Source: an uncultured Methanomassiliicoccales archaeon
GTDB taxonomy: Archaea; Thermoplasmatota; Thermoplasmata; Methanomassiliicoccales; UBA472
NCBI GenBank assembly: GCA_963695345.1
Contig: OY968769.1
Location: forward strand, 1,024,001 to 1,088,000
Direction of reading: 5' to 3'
Length of the DNA: 64,000 bases
Positions 62,390-64,000 of this stretch are shown here, piece by piece; the stretch's first letter is position 1, and each line of letters begins with the position of its first letter. The notes beneath the pieces are model-generated. The model searched no databases. It saw nothing but the letters and a program-made list of their open reading frames with translations, and was not told the DNA's origin. Position numbers and translations under genes: made by a program.

Positions 62390-64000
62390 ATGGATGAACC
62401 CCTTCCCGCCGAGAATCCCGGTAACCTCCAGGACTATCAATCGACCTACGAAGGGTTCGATTGGTCGTCATTTGACAGCGAGTTCGACTGGTCCAGGGGT
62501 GGGCCGTATAACCTGGTGGCGGAGGCGGTGGACCGCCACGGCCATGGCAAGAGAAGGGACAAGGTGGCGCTATACTCGGTGAACGCCAACTATGACCTGA
62601 GGTCGCATACCTTTGGGGAGATGTCCGAGCTGTCAAGCCGGTTCGCGGATGGCCTGACCAAGCTAGGCGCGGTCAAAGGAGACCGGATATTTGTCTATCT
62701 GGACAGGACACCGCAGCTCTTCGTCGCGTTACTTGGAATCATCAAGATGGGCGGCATCGCCGGACCCTTGTTCTCCGCCCTAGGACCGGAGGCCACGATG
62801 GACCGGGTCAGGGACAGCGGGGCAAAGATCATTGTCACGTCCCCGTACCTATTCGACCGTATCCGCCCGATAATGGCCAAACTGACCGAGATCGAGACCT
62901 ACATCATCGTTGGGGAGAACAGCGCCCTAGGACCGGGGACGGTCAAATACGATGATGTTCTGGCTTCTGGAGATCCGGAGTTCAAAGCGGTCGCCATGAG
63001 CCCTGATGACCCGTATATCATTCACTACACCTCCGGTTCCACCGGCAAACCAAAAGGCATTTTGCTTGGCCACAAGGCCATGGTACATCAGCTGGCGGGC
63101 TGCCGCCTTGTCGTGGACCTGAAGGAAGATGATATCTACTGGTGCACCGCCGACCCAGGCTGGGTGACCGGGACCTCGATAGGCATCTTGGGGCCTTGGT
63201 ATCTGGGAACGACGATCATCTCTTATGAAGGACGGTTCGATGCCCAGACCTGGTATTCCATCATCGAGAGGCTGAAGGTGACCGTCTGGTTCACGGCGCC
63301 CACCGCCCTCCGCATGCTGGCAAGGGCAGGTGACGGCCTGGTGAGAGCTTTCGACCTGCGAAAGCTGCGCCATATATGCTCCGCCGGCGAGCCGCTGAAC
63401 CCAGAGGTCATCAGGTGGGCGATGAAGACCACCGGAAAGCGCATCCACGATAACTGGTGGCAGACCGAGACTGGGGCGCCCTGCATATCCAATTTCAAAT
63501 GCTCGCCTATCAAGCCAGGCTCCATGGGCAAGCCCCTGCCGGGAATTGTGGCGGCAGTTGTGGACGAGAAGGGAGAGCCGGTCCCGGCGAGGACGGAAGG
63601 CTTCCTCGCGCTGAGACCCGGGTGGCCGGCAATGATGGTCGGGATCTGGGGGAACGAGGAGCGCTATCAGGAGTACTTCCGTATCCCAGGATGGTACATC
63701 AGCGGTGACCAGGCGTACCAGGACGAGGAGGGATACGTCTGGTTCCTGGGGAGGGCCGATGACGTGATCAAGACGTCGGGCGAGAGGTTGGGACCGTTCG
63801 AGGTCGAATCCGCGCTGATAGAGCATCCGGCGGTGGCCGAGTCGGCGGTGGTGGGAAAGCCGGACGAGCTCAGGGGAGAGATAGTCAAGGCGTTCATCGT
63901 CCTGAGGCCTGGACGCAAACCCTCCGATGAGCTGAAAGAAGAGATCACCCAGTTCGTGAGGACCCGCCTGGCCTACTACGCCTATCCAAGGGAGATCGAG
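62390..64000 (+). CDS. acsA: Acetate-CoA/acyl-CoA ligase (runs off the window end)
   Basis: Open frame from ATG 62390: YTSGSTGKPKG, WCTADPGWVTG, DNWWQTETG, GRADDVIK, AYPREIE. Confidence 0.88.
   Translation, partial: MDEPLPAENPGNLQDYQSTYEGFDWSSFDSEFDWSRGGPYNLVAEAVDRHGHGKRRDKVALYSVNANYDLRSHTFGEMSELSSRFADGLTKLGAVKGDRIFVYLDRTPQLFVALLGIIKMGGIAGPLFSALGPEATMDRVRDSGAKIIVTSPYLFDRIRPIMAKLTEIETYIIVGENSALGPGTVKYDDVLASGDPEFKAVAMSPDDPYIIHYTSGSTGKPKGILLGHKAMVHQLAGCRLVVDLKEDDIYWCTADPGWVTGTSIGILGPWYLGTTIISYEGRFDAQTWYSIIERLKVTVWFTAPTALRMLARAGDGLVRAFDLRKLRHICSAGEPLNPEVIRWAMKTTGKRIHDNWWQTETGAPCISNFKCSPIKPGSMGKPLPGIVAAVVDEKGEPVPARTEGFLALRPGWPAMMVGIWGNEERYQEYFRIPGWYISGDQAYQDEEGYVWFLGRADDVIKTSGERLGPFEVESALIEHPAVAESAVVGKPDELRGEIVKAFIVLRPGRKPSDELKEEITQFVRTRLAYYAYPREIE

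Noticed and set aside
1-64000. CRISPR arrays, rRNA, transposases, integrases
   Set aside because: No regularly spaced repeats or corresponding motifs were seen.

Overview
GC-rich archaeal chromosome segment. Gene content (aIF2-gamma, aIF5B, S6e/L24e/S28e/L7Ae, Trm56, Elp3, CDC48, DUF2124, intron-containing tRNA) points to Thermoplasmatota, probably Methanomassiliicoccales; this taxonomy is an inference. It holds a translation cluster, a branched-chain amino acid (BCAA) locus (ACT protein, ilvE, 2-oxoacid:ferredoxin oxidoreductase), heptose/glycosylation genes, ABC transporters, a large FN3 surface protein, tRNA-Asn(GTT), an intron-containing tRNA(CAT), and an AT-richer accessory tract (about 55.4-62.3 kb) with gene relics. 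Many single-base frameshifts, even in essential genes, look like sequencing errors. Best hidden signal: an apparently leaderless 21-codon uORF with 12 Leu/Ile/Val codons plus a GC hairpin heading the ilvE locus, a candidate archaeal ribosome-dependent BCAA attenuator. Also found: a tandem K-turn over the rpl7ae ribosome-binding site, four Cys-rich microproteins below the ORF-track cutoff, a C-terminal zinc ribbon shared by two membrane proteins and two free microproteins, and a circularly permuted NitT/TauT binding protein.
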